In this document: positions 53,107 to 62,680 of the stretch, in pieces
Layout: every line of letters starts with the position of its first letter
How positions within the stretch are numbered: position 1 is the first letter of the stretch
Assembly: GCA_001804285.1 (NCBI GenBank)
Contig: MHFR01000048.1
Span: forward strand, 43,622 to 107,621
Source of the DNA: Candidatus Danuiimicrobium aquiferis
GTDB taxonomy: Bacteria > Omnitrophota > Omnitrophia > Omnitrophales > Danuiimicrobiaceae
Reading direction: 5' to 3'
Length of the DNA: 64,000 nucleotides
Program-made: the position numbers and the translations under genes
Notes under the pieces: model-generated
The model's input: only the letters and a program-made list of their open reading frames with translations
Databases searched by the model: none
What the model was told of the DNA's origin: nothing

Positions 53107-53937
53107 ATGCAAGCATTACAAACGGAAGAATTGTGTCGGATAGCCAATGAAATGCGGAAGGATATCATCCGCATGCTTGCCGAGGCCGCATCCGGTCATC
53201 CGGGCGGATCTCTTTCGGTGACTGATATTCTTGCGGCACTTTATTTCAAAACCGCCCGCCACGATCCAAACAACCCCAATTGGCCCGACCGTGACAGAAT
53301 CATTTTAAGCAAAGGGCATGCCGCTCCGGCGCTTTATTCCGCATTGGCCAGGTCAGGATATTTCCCGGTTGATCAATTGATGACGTTAAGGAAATTAAAC
53401 AGCCCGCTTCAAGGACATCCCGACAGGCGAAGGCTTGCGGGGATTGAAATTTCAACAGGTTCTCTTGGACAGGGACTTTCCGTCGGGATTGGCATGGCTC
53501 TTGCGCGCCGGCTTGATCAGAAAAATTATTGGACGTATGTGATTACGAGTGACGGGGAAATGAATGAAGGGCAAACATGGGAAGCCGCGAGTTTTGCCTC
53601 CTTCCATAAAATGGATCATTTGATTGCGATTATGGATTACAACAAATTTCAGTTGGATGGCGCCGTCAAAGAAGTTCTTGATATGGAGCCGATGGTGGAC
53701 AAATGGAAATCTTTCGGCTGGTATACTTTCGAAATTGACGGCCACAACATGGAAGGAATTGTGAAGACGATTGAGTTGGCGAAGACGATTAAAAATGCAC
53801 CGGTGATGATTATCGCACATACGATTAAAGGGAAAGGTGTCTCGTTTATGGAAGGGAACAATCATTTCCATGGTGTTGCGCCGACAAAAGAAGAAGCCGA
53901 GAGGGCGTTAAAAGAGTTGGATAGTCATAAATTTTAG
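53107..53937 (+). CDS. Transketolase N-terminal subunit
   Basis: SGHPGGSLS, LSKGHAAP, GSLGQGLS and TPP motif SDGEMNEG. Confidence 0.92.
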   Translation: MQALQTEELCRIANEMRKDIIRMLAEAASGHPGGSLSVTDILAALYFKTARHDPNNPNWPDRDRIILSKGHAAPALYSALARSGYFPVDQLMTLRKLNSPLQGHPDRRRLAGIEISTGSLGQGLSVGIGMALARRLDQKNYWTYVITSDGEMNEGQTWEAASFASFHKMDHLIAIMDYNKFQLDGAVKEVLDMEPMVDKWKSFGWYTFEIDGHNMEGIVKTIELAKTIKNAPVMIIAHTIKGKGVSFMEGNNHFHGVAPTKEEAERALKELDSHKF

Positions 53938-54016
53938 ATCCGCCACAAAGCGTGGCGGATTCAATTCGGCCGCACAACTTGCGAATGGTAAATCTGCCGC
54001 AAGTTGTGGCCTCATT

Positions 54017-54064
54017 GAAGAAGCCTTAAGGGCGTTAAGAGAGTTGGAAGAAAAAAAGTTTTAA
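54017..54064 (+). repeat. Diverged duplicate of the transketolase-N 3' end (copy of 53890-53937)
   Basis: EEALRALRELEEKKF* versus EEAERALKELDSHKF*, same length and register. Confidence 0.8.
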
Positions 54065-54085
54065 ACGAACGCGGAGAACGAATTC

Positions 54086-55039
54086 ATGCGTGAAAGAAAA
54101 ATGGGACTTGCGACGCGCGATGCGTACGGGAAAACGCTCGTTGAGCTTGGAAGGAAGAACCGCGATATTTTTGTGATGGACGCGGACCTTGCGAAATCCA
54201 CGAAAACGGATTTTTTTGCGAAAGAATTTCCGGACCGTTTTATAAATGTCGGCATTGCCGAAGCGAATTTAGTCGGAATTGCTGCCGGGCTTGCTGCTTG
54301 CGGAAAAATCCCGTTTATTTCGAGTTTTGCGTGTTTTCTCATTTGCAAAGGCTACGAGCAATTCCGGATGTCCGTTGCGTTTTCGGAATTGAATGTGAAA
54401 GTGGTTGTGTCACACGGCGGAATCAGCGTCGGTGAAGACGGAGCAAGTCAGCAATCCACAGAAGATTTCGCGTTGATGCTGAGCCTTCCTAAATTTGTGG
54501 TGATGAATCCTTCGGATGAAGTTTCTGCCAGAGCGCTTGTCGAACAAGCTGCGAAATATCAAGGTCCTGTGTTTATGCGGACCGGCCGGCCCAAGTATCC
54601 GGTTATCTATCATGAAGGAACGCAATTTGAAATCGGAAAAGGAATGTTACTTCGCGAAGGGGCCGACCTGACGATTGTCGCGACGGGAATCCTTGTTTTT
54701 GAAGCACTGATGGCATCCGATATTTTGGCGGAACGCGGAATTTCCGCTTCGGTCATTGATATTCACACCCTGAAACCGATTGACCGCGAGTTGCTTCGCC
54801 AGCAGGCGGAAAAAACCGGTGCGATGGTTTGTTGCGAAGAGCATTCGATTTATGGGGGATTGGGTAGCGTCGTGGCTTCCGTGATGGCGGAGGAATGTCC
54901 GGTGCCGATCGCGTATGTTGCGGTTCAGGATACATTTGCTGAATCAGGCCGGCCGGATGAACTCATCCAAAAGTACGGATTGACTGCGGCGAACATTGTT
55001 CAAACTGCCGAAAAAGTCCTTTCAAGAAAGCACAAATAA
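54086..55039 (+). CDS. Transketolase C-terminal subunit
   Basis: GIAEAN, GEDGASQQ and EEHSIYGGLG. Confidence 0.92.
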   Translation: MRERKMGLATRDAYGKTLVELGRKNRDIFVMDADLAKSTKTDFFAKEFPDRFINVGIAEANLVGIAAGLAACGKIPFISSFACFLICKGYEQFRMSVAFSELNVKVVVSHGGISVGEDGASQQSTEDFALMLSLPKFVVMNPSDEVSARALVEQAAKYQGPVFMRTGRPKYPVIYHEGTQFEIGKGMLLREGADLTIVATGILVFEALMASDILAERGISASVIDIHTLKPIDRELLRQQAEKTGAMVCCEEHSIYGGLGSVVASVMAEECPVPIAYVAVQDTFAESGRPDELIQKYGLTAANIVQTAEKVLSRKHK

Positions 55040-55109
55040 TTTTTTTGTCGCTGCCCATTTTAATTTGCCAGCTTGACTCAATTCGCGCATCCCGATATCA
55101 TCTTTGTCC

Positions 55110-55748
55110 ATGAAAACCTCATTATTCGTTAAGCAAATTCAAGTCGGGCCGATGGCAAATTTCGTTTATTTGGTTGGAGACATAAAAAATCACGAGACGT
55201 TTGTGGTTGATCCAGGATGGGAAGTAGAGAAAATTATTCAAGCGGCGAAAAAAGACGGATTCAAAATCATCGGAGCTTTGATGACGCATACTCATTTTGA
55301 TCATGCGGATGGTTTAAAAGAGCTTCTTCGGAAGACGGACGGGACGGCTTATATTCATGAGAAAGAAGCGGACTTTTTAACCGATGAAAAGCTCAAGCTC
55401 AAAAAAACGAAAGACGGCGATAAAATTCAAATCGGCGAAGTTGAAATTCAAGTGATTCACACGCCGGGGCACACACCGGGTTCTCAATGTTTTCTCGTTG
55501 ACGGAAATCTATTTTCAGGCGATACGTTATTTATCCAAGCGTGCGGCCGTTGTGATTTACCAGCGAGTAATCCGGAAGACATGTTTTACAGTTTGAAGCG
55601 GCTTTCCGGGTTGGATGATTCAACCGTTGTGTATCCCGGCCACGATTATGCGGATGAAACACAGTCGACAATCGGCAAAGAGAAAAGGAATAATCCGTAT
55701 ATGCAGATTCAGAACCTGGATGATTTCTTGCCGTTCCGGATGGGGTAG
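55110..55748 (+). CDS. MBL-fold metallo-hydrolase (glyoxalase II-like)
   Basis: THTHFDHA, HTPGHT, SGDTLF and YPGHDY. Confidence 0.9.
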   Translation: MKTSLFVKQIQVGPMANFVYLVGDIKNHETFVVDPGWEVEKIIQAAKKDGFKIIGALMTHTHFDHADGLKELLRKTDGTAYIHEKEADFLTDEKLKLKKTKDGDKIQIGEVEIQVIHTPGHTPGSQCFLVDGNLFSGDTLFIQACGRCDLPASNPEDMFYSLKRLSGLDDSTVVYPGHDYADETQSTIGKEKRNNPYMQIQNLDDFLPFRMG

Positions 55749-55858
55749 GGAGGGAAAAACGGTCACTGGACACCAGACACCAGTTACCGGTTAAGGACTT
55801 TACTGGTGACTAGTGACAAGTGTCTAGTGACTTCTAATCGTTTAAGGAGTTTGTAAGA

Positions 55859-56362
55859 ATGACCAATAAAGGAAAGAAAAATTTCCCCAACAAGAAAAAA
55901 ATAGCGCGCGAGCTGCTTGAAAAAGGATACCAATTTCAAATCAGCGGGGACATCAATCACGCAATCGAGTATTACCGGAAATCGATTCTGGCTTTGCCGA
56001 CAGCTGAAGCGCACACATTTTTAGGATGGGCTTATAGTTTCCAAGGGCATTATGATGAAGCCATCCGGGAATGTCAAAAAGCCATTAAATTGGATCCGGA
56101 ATTCGGAAATCCCTATAATGATATCGGCGCTTATTTATTAGATAAAGGATGTTTAGACGAAGCAATTCCGTGGCTTGAAAAAGCGATCAACGCAAAACGC
56201 TATGACAGCTATTTTTATCCGCATTATAATTTAGGCAGAATTTATGAACAAAAAGGGATTTGGTCCCAAGCGGTCACGAATTATAAACGCGCGATTGAGC
56301 TGAAAACGGATTATCTTCTTGCGCGGAAAGCCTATAATCGGATTCTCGCACTACTGAATTAA
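55859..56362 (+). CDS. Tetratricopeptide repeat protein
   Basis: AEAHTFLGW, NPYNDIGAY and HYNLGRIY TPRs. Confidence 0.85.
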   Translation: MTNKGKKNFPNKKKIARELLEKGYQFQISGDINHAIEYYRKSILALPTAEAHTFLGWAYSFQGHYDEAIRECQKAIKLDPEFGNPYNDIGAYLLDKGCLDEAIPWLEKAINAKRYDSYFYPHYNLGRIYEQKGIWSQAVTNYKRAIELKTDYLLARKAYNRILALLN

Positions 56363-56406
56363 GGCCGTTGTTCTCCGCCCTGGATTTGCGTTAAAGGATA
56401 AGCGAT

Positions 56407-57609
56407 TTGAATACAATGATTCTTGCTTTGGGTTTGTTTTCTTTTTTTCTCGGCAGCGCTTTTTTATTCGGAGTTTCACGGTTGATTAGCCTTGTTCCCG
56501 GGCAGATCCAAACCTTCTCGATTTTCATCATCCCGTCATTTCAAATTATTTCAAGCATCGGTTTCTTCTTCCGCCGGACATGGGGGCTTCAGTTAACCGT
56601 TTTCCTCCTTTGTTTTTATTTGTTTTTAGGTATTTTTATTTTAAGACAAAATATTTCAGCGGTGGATTTCTTGCCGCTCGCAACACTGATTGAATATATC
56701 CCCAGCAGCCTTCTTCGAGTTAATCTTCATTTCATGACGTGGATTTGCCTGATGTTTATCCCGCTTTTCATGCTTTCAGTCTTAAGCCTCAAACAATTCC
56801 AGGCTTGTTTTGAGTCAAAACGGGTGACTTGTGCCACTCCCTTCCCTCTTGTGTTAGCGGCGGGATTTATCTTTTCATACGGATGCTTAGCCAATTCTTC
56901 GCTTACCGAATTTATCACCGGCGGATCGCGCACTATTTTGGGAATAGCTATTTCTCCTTTGCAGGCAAAAGGATTGCGTTTTCTTGAATTAAATCTTCCG
57001 ATTTTTATCGCCATGGGGTTGGTTGAACAGAAACGGTTAAAAGGATGGATTCTGGCGTGGATTTTTTTCGGATATTATTGTTTGCCATTCTTTGGGATGA
57101 ACCGATGGGAAGCGCTCAAACAATTCAATTTTGTATTTTGGTTGATTTTATGGATTGCCTCGCTTGGGATCATTTCTTTTTACGCCTGCTTGTATTGGGG
57201 CAAAAAAGTGGTGAGTAAGAACTTGTCTCAAGAGGCTGCAAGTCCCAAAAAAAATATCAGCATTTTACGGATTGCGCTTGTTTCGAGCGCCGTTTTATTC
57301 ATTATTTTTTGGGTCCTTAAAAATGTTTTTTTGTTGCCCCCCAAAAATATTCCGGAAGTTTTAGCGCCTTCTGAAATTTCACAGTCTGCCGAAATTCCAA
57401 AACCGGACCGCGCGGTTAACTTTCGCCTCGAAGGAATATTTGTTGACCAGCACTTGAAATATGCTGTGATTTCCGGAAAAATTGTTAAAATCGGGGACTC
57501 AATGGGCGGGTTTTTAATTGAGGAAATAGAAAAATCCCGCGTGTTGCTATCCACTCCAGAGGAGCGATTCTGGCTGTCAGCATCGGATCAAACTTTTGAA
57601 GAGCGCTGA
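56407..57609 (+). CDS. Multi-pass membrane protein with C-terminal GspB/MshK-like beta domain
   Basis: About 9 hydrophobic segments and a C-terminal LEGIF..AVISGKIVKIGD..G..I.EI pattern. TTG start uncertain. Confidence 0.6.
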   Translation: MNTMILALGLFSFFLGSAFLFGVSRLISLVPGQIQTFSIFIIPSFQIISSIGFFFRRTWGLQLTVFLLCFYLFLGIFILRQNISAVDFLPLATLIEYIPSSLLRVNLHFMTWICLMFIPLFMLSVLSLKQFQACFESKRVTCATPFPLVLAAGFIFSYGCLANSSLTEFITGGSRTILGIAISPLQAKGLRFLELNLPIFIAMGLVEQKRLKGWILAWIFFGYYCLPFFGMNRWEALKQFNFVFWLILWIASLGIISFYACLYWGKKVVSKNLSQEAASPKKNISILRIALVSSAVLFIIFWVLKNVFLLPPKNIPEVLAPSEISQSAEIPKPDRAVNFRLEGIFVDQHLKYAVISGKIVKIGDSMGGFLIEEIEKSRVLLSTPEERFWLSASDQTFEER

Positions 57610-57726
57610 TGCCGATTCATAAGACCTTGTATTTGAAGACACTCTTCGCTATTTTCGGCACTTAAATGGATATAACTTATTTTATATCAATCACTTAGAG
57701 TTATTTTATAAATTTAGTTAGATACC

Positions 57727-57755
57727 TTGAAATAAGGCAATAGAGCGGGTACTAT
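57727..57755 (+). promoter_or_regulatory. Sigma70-type promoter
   Basis: TTGAAA-17 bp-TACTAT, with an IHF-like TATCAAtcacTTA just upstream. Confidence 0.5.
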
Positions 57756-57885
57756 TTAAAGTAAGGGGATGGGGTAGTTAGTGACTCGGGTTAGTATCAG
57801 CAATCAAAAAACCGTTGGCTTTTAAGAAAAGGAGTGGTTCTTTTTCTCTTGTTTAAAAAATCTATTCTAGAGATTCAATTTTCTT

Positions 57886-60800
57886 ATGGCACAAAAAGAA
57901 CTATTTAATGTTTTATTAATTGAAGATAACCCGCAAGATGCGCGGCTTCTGTCGGAGTTATTGCAACACGACGATTCCGTTTTTCCGCCATTTCATTTGG
58001 AGTGTGTGAACCGGCTCGCGACCGCAATCGACCGGCTGAAAACAGGGGCAACCTTCGATATCATTTTAGTAGATTTTACTCTTCCGGATAGTCATGGAAT
58101 CGAAACCTTCTCGAAAATAGTTGAATATGCACCTTCTCTTCCCATTGTCGTTGTGACCGGATTAAATGATAAGATGATTGCGCTCGAAGCAATGCGACAA
58201 GGCGCGCAGGACTATTTGGTGAAAGGGGAAATGGACGGAAAGTATCTTGCGCGAGTGATGCGTTATGCCATTGAACGAAAAGAGCTTGAGCAGAAAATTG
58301 TCCGGCACGAAAAGAATTTTCGAAAGATGGCCAATACCGCGCCTGCGATGTTGTGGATTTCGGGTTGGGATGGGAATTTTACGTTTTTTAATCAGCAATG
58401 GCTTGATTTTACGGGGAGAATATTGGATCAGGATTCCGGCGTTGGGTGGTTTGAATGTATCCATGCCGAAGATAGCAAATCAATTCAGGAAGCGTATTGG
58501 GCGGCTTTTCATGAACGAGCCGGTTTGAGAGCCGAGTTCAGGCTTAGACGGTTTGATGGAATATATTGCTGGATGCTTGCGACCGGTGCGCCGAGTTTTT
58601 CCGAAGACGGTGCTTTTACCGGCTTTATCGGATCTTGTATTGATATTACGGAATTGAAACAATCCGAAAAAGAATTAAAGTATCGCCTTGAGTTTGAGAA
58701 ATTGATCGCATCCATCTCCACGCATTTTATTAATTTAAAGTCAGATGAAATCGAAAAAGGGCTTAATCTCGCACTTCAAATCATAGGCGAATTTACCGGA
58801 GTTGATCGGAGTTATATTTTTCAATTTTCGGAAAACAGAGAAACAATGACTAATACCCAAGAATGGTGCCGTGCCGGAATTGAGCCTCAAATTCAAAATC
58901 TGCAATCGATATCCACGAAATTGTATGAATGGTTTATGGATCAGATTTGTAATTTTAAGAGTATCTATGTGCCAAAAGTTGAAGAACTGCCGGCGGAAGC
59001 AGGAGAGCTTAAAAAAGAACTCGAGCGGGAAAATGTTTGTTCGATGATTTGTGCCCCGCTTGTGCGTTCCGGGGCTGTCGTCGGGTTTTTGGGATTTGAT
59101 GCTGTCCGGCATCCGTCGACATGGACAGACGACGTTATTTCTCTTTTGAGAATTGTCGGAGAAATGTTTGTTAATGCGCTTGAGCGCAAGCGGAACGAAG
59201 AAGCTTTGCGGCAAGGCGAGGAGCGCCTTCGGATGTTTATTGAACACGCTCCGGCAGCGATAGCGATGTTTGACCGCGAAATGAAATATATGGTGGTGAG
59301 CCATCGGTGGGTGAGTGATTTTAATATTGACAGCGAAGATTTAATCGGGCGAAGCTTCTATGAGGTTTTTCCTGAAATTCCGGAACGGTGGAAAGAAATT
59401 CATCAGCGCTGTCTTTTGGGTGCGGTTGAAAAATGCGAGGAAGATATTTTTGAGCATGCAAACGGAACAGCGGATTGGCTTGAGTGGGAAATGCATCCTT
59501 GGCGGAGTGCGACTGGTGAAATCGGTGGAGTGGTGATGTTTACGGAAGTGATTACAAAACGCAAACAAACAGAAGCAGTCATTGTGGAAAGCGAAAGGCG
59601 TCTTCGCAGTTACTTTAATTTGTCACTCATCGGGATTGCGATTATTTCTCCCATGAAAGGCTGGGTGGAAGTCAATGACAAGCTTTGCGAGATTTTAGGT
59701 TATTCACATGATGAGTTAAAAAAAATGACATGGGTTGAATTGACCTATCCGGAAGATCTTGTTGAAGATTTAAAACAATTTGAGCTTCTTTTATCGGGAA
59801 GAATTGATAGCTATTCGATCGAGAAAAGATTTGTTCGAAAAGACGATAAAGTGGTTTATGCCAAGACAGATGTTCAGTGCGTGCGGAAGGCGGACGGATC
59901 CGTTAATTATTTTATTGCTGTCGTGGAAGATATTACCGCCAAAGTGGAAGTGGAGCAAGAATATGTGAAAACGGAGGAAAAATATCGCAGTCTTTACAAT
60001 TCCAGCCGTGACGGAATTCTTTTTGTGGATATGGCCGGGAAAATTCTTGAATCGAATCCCGCATTTCTCAATATGATCGGTTATTCCGCTGAAGAGCTTA
60101 AAAAAATACATTATCAAAAATTAACACCGGCAAGCTGGCGAGATCTCGAAGATAATATTATGAAGAATCAGATTTTAAAGAGAGGATACTCGGATATTTA
60201 TGAAAGAGAATATATCCGGAAAGAGGGATCTGTATTTCCGGCAACCATTAATTCCTGGATGGCAAGGGACAAAGAAGGGAACCCATTCGGAATTTGGTTT
60301 ACGGTGAGGGATGTTTCTGAAAGGAAAAAAGTTCAAGAGCAGCTGCGGCATCTCGTCTATCACGACGTTTTAACCGATCTTCCGAACAGGACTTTGTTCA
60401 TTGACCGTGTAGATCGCGCGATTGTTGCTGCGCGTTATAATCAGAAGCTGGTCAGCGTTTTATTTTTAGGGGTGGATCATTTCAAGAAAATCAATGATAC
60501 GCTCGGGCATGCCGTTGGAGACCGGTTGCTTCAAGCCGTATCGGGAAGATTGAGAGGCTATTTGCAGGAAACGGAAACGGTGACGCGAATCGGCGGCGAC
60601 GAATTCTCGATTTTACTTCCGAGCGTGGACCGGCTTGAGGATGCGATTAAAATTGCGGAAAAGCTTTTGCGTGCCATGCAGATTCCGTTCCTGATCCGCG
60701 GACATGAATTGTATTTGAGTTGCAGTATCGGCCTTAGTTTTTATCCGAATGACGGCGAAAAACCAGATTTATTACTTCGGAATGCCGATTCTGCGATGGA

Positions 60801-61644
60801 GCGTGCGAAAACCTTGGGAAGAAATAATTATCAACTTTATTCTGCCCTGATGAACGCAAAGGCGCTCGAACGGCTCGCGCTTGAAAATGGGCTTCGCCAT
60901 GCGCTCGAAAGAAAAGAATTTTGTGTTCATTACCAGCCGCAGGTGGATATTCAAACGGGAAAAATTATTGGGATGGAAGCGTTGATCCGCTGGCAGCATC
61001 CGGACCTCGGGCTTCTTTCGCCGGCAGAATTTCTTAATTTAGCGGAAGAGACGGGTTTGATTGTTGACATGGATGAATGGGTTTTGAAAGAAGCGTGCAA
61101 TCAGAATCGCCAGTGGCAAATAGCGGGTTTCACCCCGGTCCGGGTTTCGGTCAATTTAACGGCCCGTCAATTTCAACAAAAAGATATTTTTAAATCCATC
61201 GAGGGTATTTTGCAGGCGACAGGGTTGCCGGCTGAATTTCTTGAGCTTGAGTTAACGGAAGGATCGATCATGCAAAATCTCGAAGAAACGACGCAGATTT
61301 TGCAGAAATTAAGTGACCTTGGCGTCAAAATTTCAATCGATGATTTTGGGACAGGGTATTCTTCCTTGAGCCATCTCAGAAAGTTTCCGATTAACTCCTT
61401 AAAAATTGATCAATCGTTTGTTCGTGATATTCCCGTTAATTTGGAAGATACAGCCATCGTCAAAGCGATTATTTCCATGGCCCATAGCTTAAATTTGGAA
61501 GTGGTAGCGGAAAGTGTCGAAACGGAAGCGCAGCTTGATTTCCTGCGAACGGAAAATTGCGATAAAATGCAAGGTTTCCTATATAGCAAACCAATTTCTG
61601 CCGATAAGTTTACAGAGTTATTAATATCAGAAAAAAACGGATAA
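57886..61644 (+). CDS. REC-PAS-GAF-PAS3-GGDEF-EAL c-di-GMP signalling protein
   Basis: LIEDN..ILVD REC domain, PAS/PAC and GAF segments, IGGDEF, MEALIRW and DDFGTGYSSL. Confidence 0.92.
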   Translation: MAQKELFNVLLIEDNPQDARLLSELLQHDDSVFPPFHLECVNRLATAIDRLKTGATFDIILVDFTLPDSHGIETFSKIVEYAPSLPIVVVTGLNDKMIALEAMRQGAQDYLVKGEMDGKYLARVMRYAIERKELEQKIVRHEKNFRKMANTAPAMLWISGWDGNFTFFNQQWLDFTGRILDQDSGVGWFECIHAEDSKSIQEAYWAAFHERAGLRAEFRLRRFDGIYCWMLATGAPSFSEDGAFTGFIGSCIDITELKQSEKELKYRLEFEKLIASISTHFINLKSDEIEKGLNLALQIIGEFTGVDRSYIFQFSENRETMTNTQEWCRAGIEPQIQNLQSISTKLYEWFMDQICNFKSIYVPKVEELPAEAGELKKELERENVCSMICAPLVRSGAVVGFLGFDAVRHPSTWTDDVISLLRIVGEMFVNALERKRNEEALRQGEERLRMFIEHAPAAIAMFDREMKYMVVSHRWVSDFNIDSEDLIGRSFYEVFPEIPERWKEIHQRCLLGAVEKCEEDIFEHANGTADWLEWEMHPWRSATGEIGGVVMFTEVITKRKQTEAVIVESERRLRSYFNLSLIGIAIISPMKGWVEVNDKLCEILGYSHDELKKMTWVELTYPEDLVEDLKQFELLLSGRIDSYSIEKRFVRKDDKVVYAKTDVQCVRKADGSVNYFIAVVEDITAKVEVEQEYVKTEEKYRSLYNSSRDGILFVDMAGKILESNPAFLNMIGYSAEELKKIHYQKLTPASWRDLEDNIMKNQILKRGYSDIYEREYIRKEGSVFPATINSWMARDKEGNPFGIWFTVRDVSERKKVQEQLRHLVYHDVLTDLPNRTLFIDRVDRAIVAARYNQKLVSVLFLGVDHFKKINDTLGHAVGDRLLQAVSGRLRGYLQETETVTRIGGDEFSILLPSVDRLEDAIKIAEKLLRAMQIPFLIRGHELYLSCSIGLSFYPNDGEKPDLLLRNADSAMERAKTLGRNNYQLYSALMNAKALERLALENGLRHALERKEFCVHYQPQVDIQTGKIIGMEALIRWQHPDLGLLSPAEFLNLAEETGLIVDMDEWVLKEACNQNRQWQIAGFTPVRVSVNLTARQFQQKDIFKSIEGILQATGLPAEFLELELTEGSIMQNLEETTQILQKLSDLGVKISIDDFGTGYSSLSHLRKFPINSLKIDQSFVRDIPVNLEDTAIVKAIISMAHSLNLEVVAESVETEAQLDFLRTENCDKMQGFLYSKPISADKFTELLISEKNG

Positions 61645-61662
61645 AGAACAAGGATATCTGAT

Positions 61663-62583
61663 ATGCTTCTTTCGAGGAAGAGAAAAATTGATCATCAAGC
61701 CATCAAGACTGTGGTCATTAGCCGCGATGAAAGACTGCTTCAGTGGATGCGTAAAATTGCCGCGGAACATGATCAGGTTTTTATCGATTTTGAGTATATT
61801 TCCAATTTTGATTTTGGATTAGAACTCATTACCACTAAAAAAATGGATCTTGTTTTATTTGATTTATCTTCTTTTGAAGCCAACAAGATGGACTTAATGA
61901 TGAAGATCCTTGATCAGGCCGAAAATGTTCCCGTGATTGTCCTCGCTCAAATCAACGATGAAGCATGCGCCCTGGAAGCCATCGAAAAAGGGGCGCAGGA
62001 TTATTTGACGAAAGAACTGCTTGATCCGAATCAAGTTTTTCGTGCGATTCGCTGTGCGGTTCTCCGGCATGATATGATTCGAGAACTTCGTGTTTTGTCC
62101 ATGACGGATGAATTAACCGGTGTTCAGAACCGGAGAGGTTTTCATCATTTGGCGGAACAACAGATGAAGCTTGCGATAAGAGCAAAGCGCGGGCTTGTTT
62201 TGATTTTCGCGGATGTGGACAGGATGAAATGGATTAATGATGCTTACGGTCATCAAGCGGGAGATATGGCGCTTGCCGAAGCGACGGAAGTTTTACGGAA
62301 AACATTCCGCGGCTCGGACATTATCGGCCGGATCGGCGGAGATGAATTTGCCGTGCTTGCGATTGAGGCGCATAAAGAGAATGTTCCGATCCTGATGAGC
62401 CGTTTGAAATATACGCTTGAAGAACACAATCGCCAAAAAAAGCATAATTATGAGTTATCGCTCAGCATTGGGGCTGCATGGTATGACCCGACGGTGTCTC
62501 ATGTTTCTTTTGAAGATATGATGGCGCGTGCGGATGAGGCGATGTATGCGCACAAACTTGCCAAAATGCAATCGTATATATAA
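61663..62583 (+). CDS. REC-GGDEF diguanylate cyclase
   Basis: GAQDYL, DELTGVQNRR, I-site RGSD and GGDEF. Confidence 0.9.
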   Translation: MLLSRKRKIDHQAIKTVVISRDERLLQWMRKIAAEHDQVFIDFEYISNFDFGLELITTKKMDLVLFDLSSFEANKMDLMMKILDQAENVPVIVLAQINDEACALEAIEKGAQDYLTKELLDPNQVFRAIRCAVLRHDMIRELRVLSMTDELTGVQNRRGFHHLAEQQMKLAIRAKRGLVLIFADVDRMKWINDAYGHQAGDMALAEATEVLRKTFRGSDIIGRIGGDEFAVLAIEAHKENVPILMSRLKYTLEEHNRQKKHNYELSLSIGAAWYDPTVSHVSFEDMMARADEAMYAHKLAKMQSYI

Positions 62584-62680
62584 TGCTTCATCAATTTTCC
62601 TTTCCCGAAGAAGCGGTTAGGGAGCCGGACAGATTGATCAGATAAGATCATCCAATCAAGAAAGATTATCAGGAGGAGTT

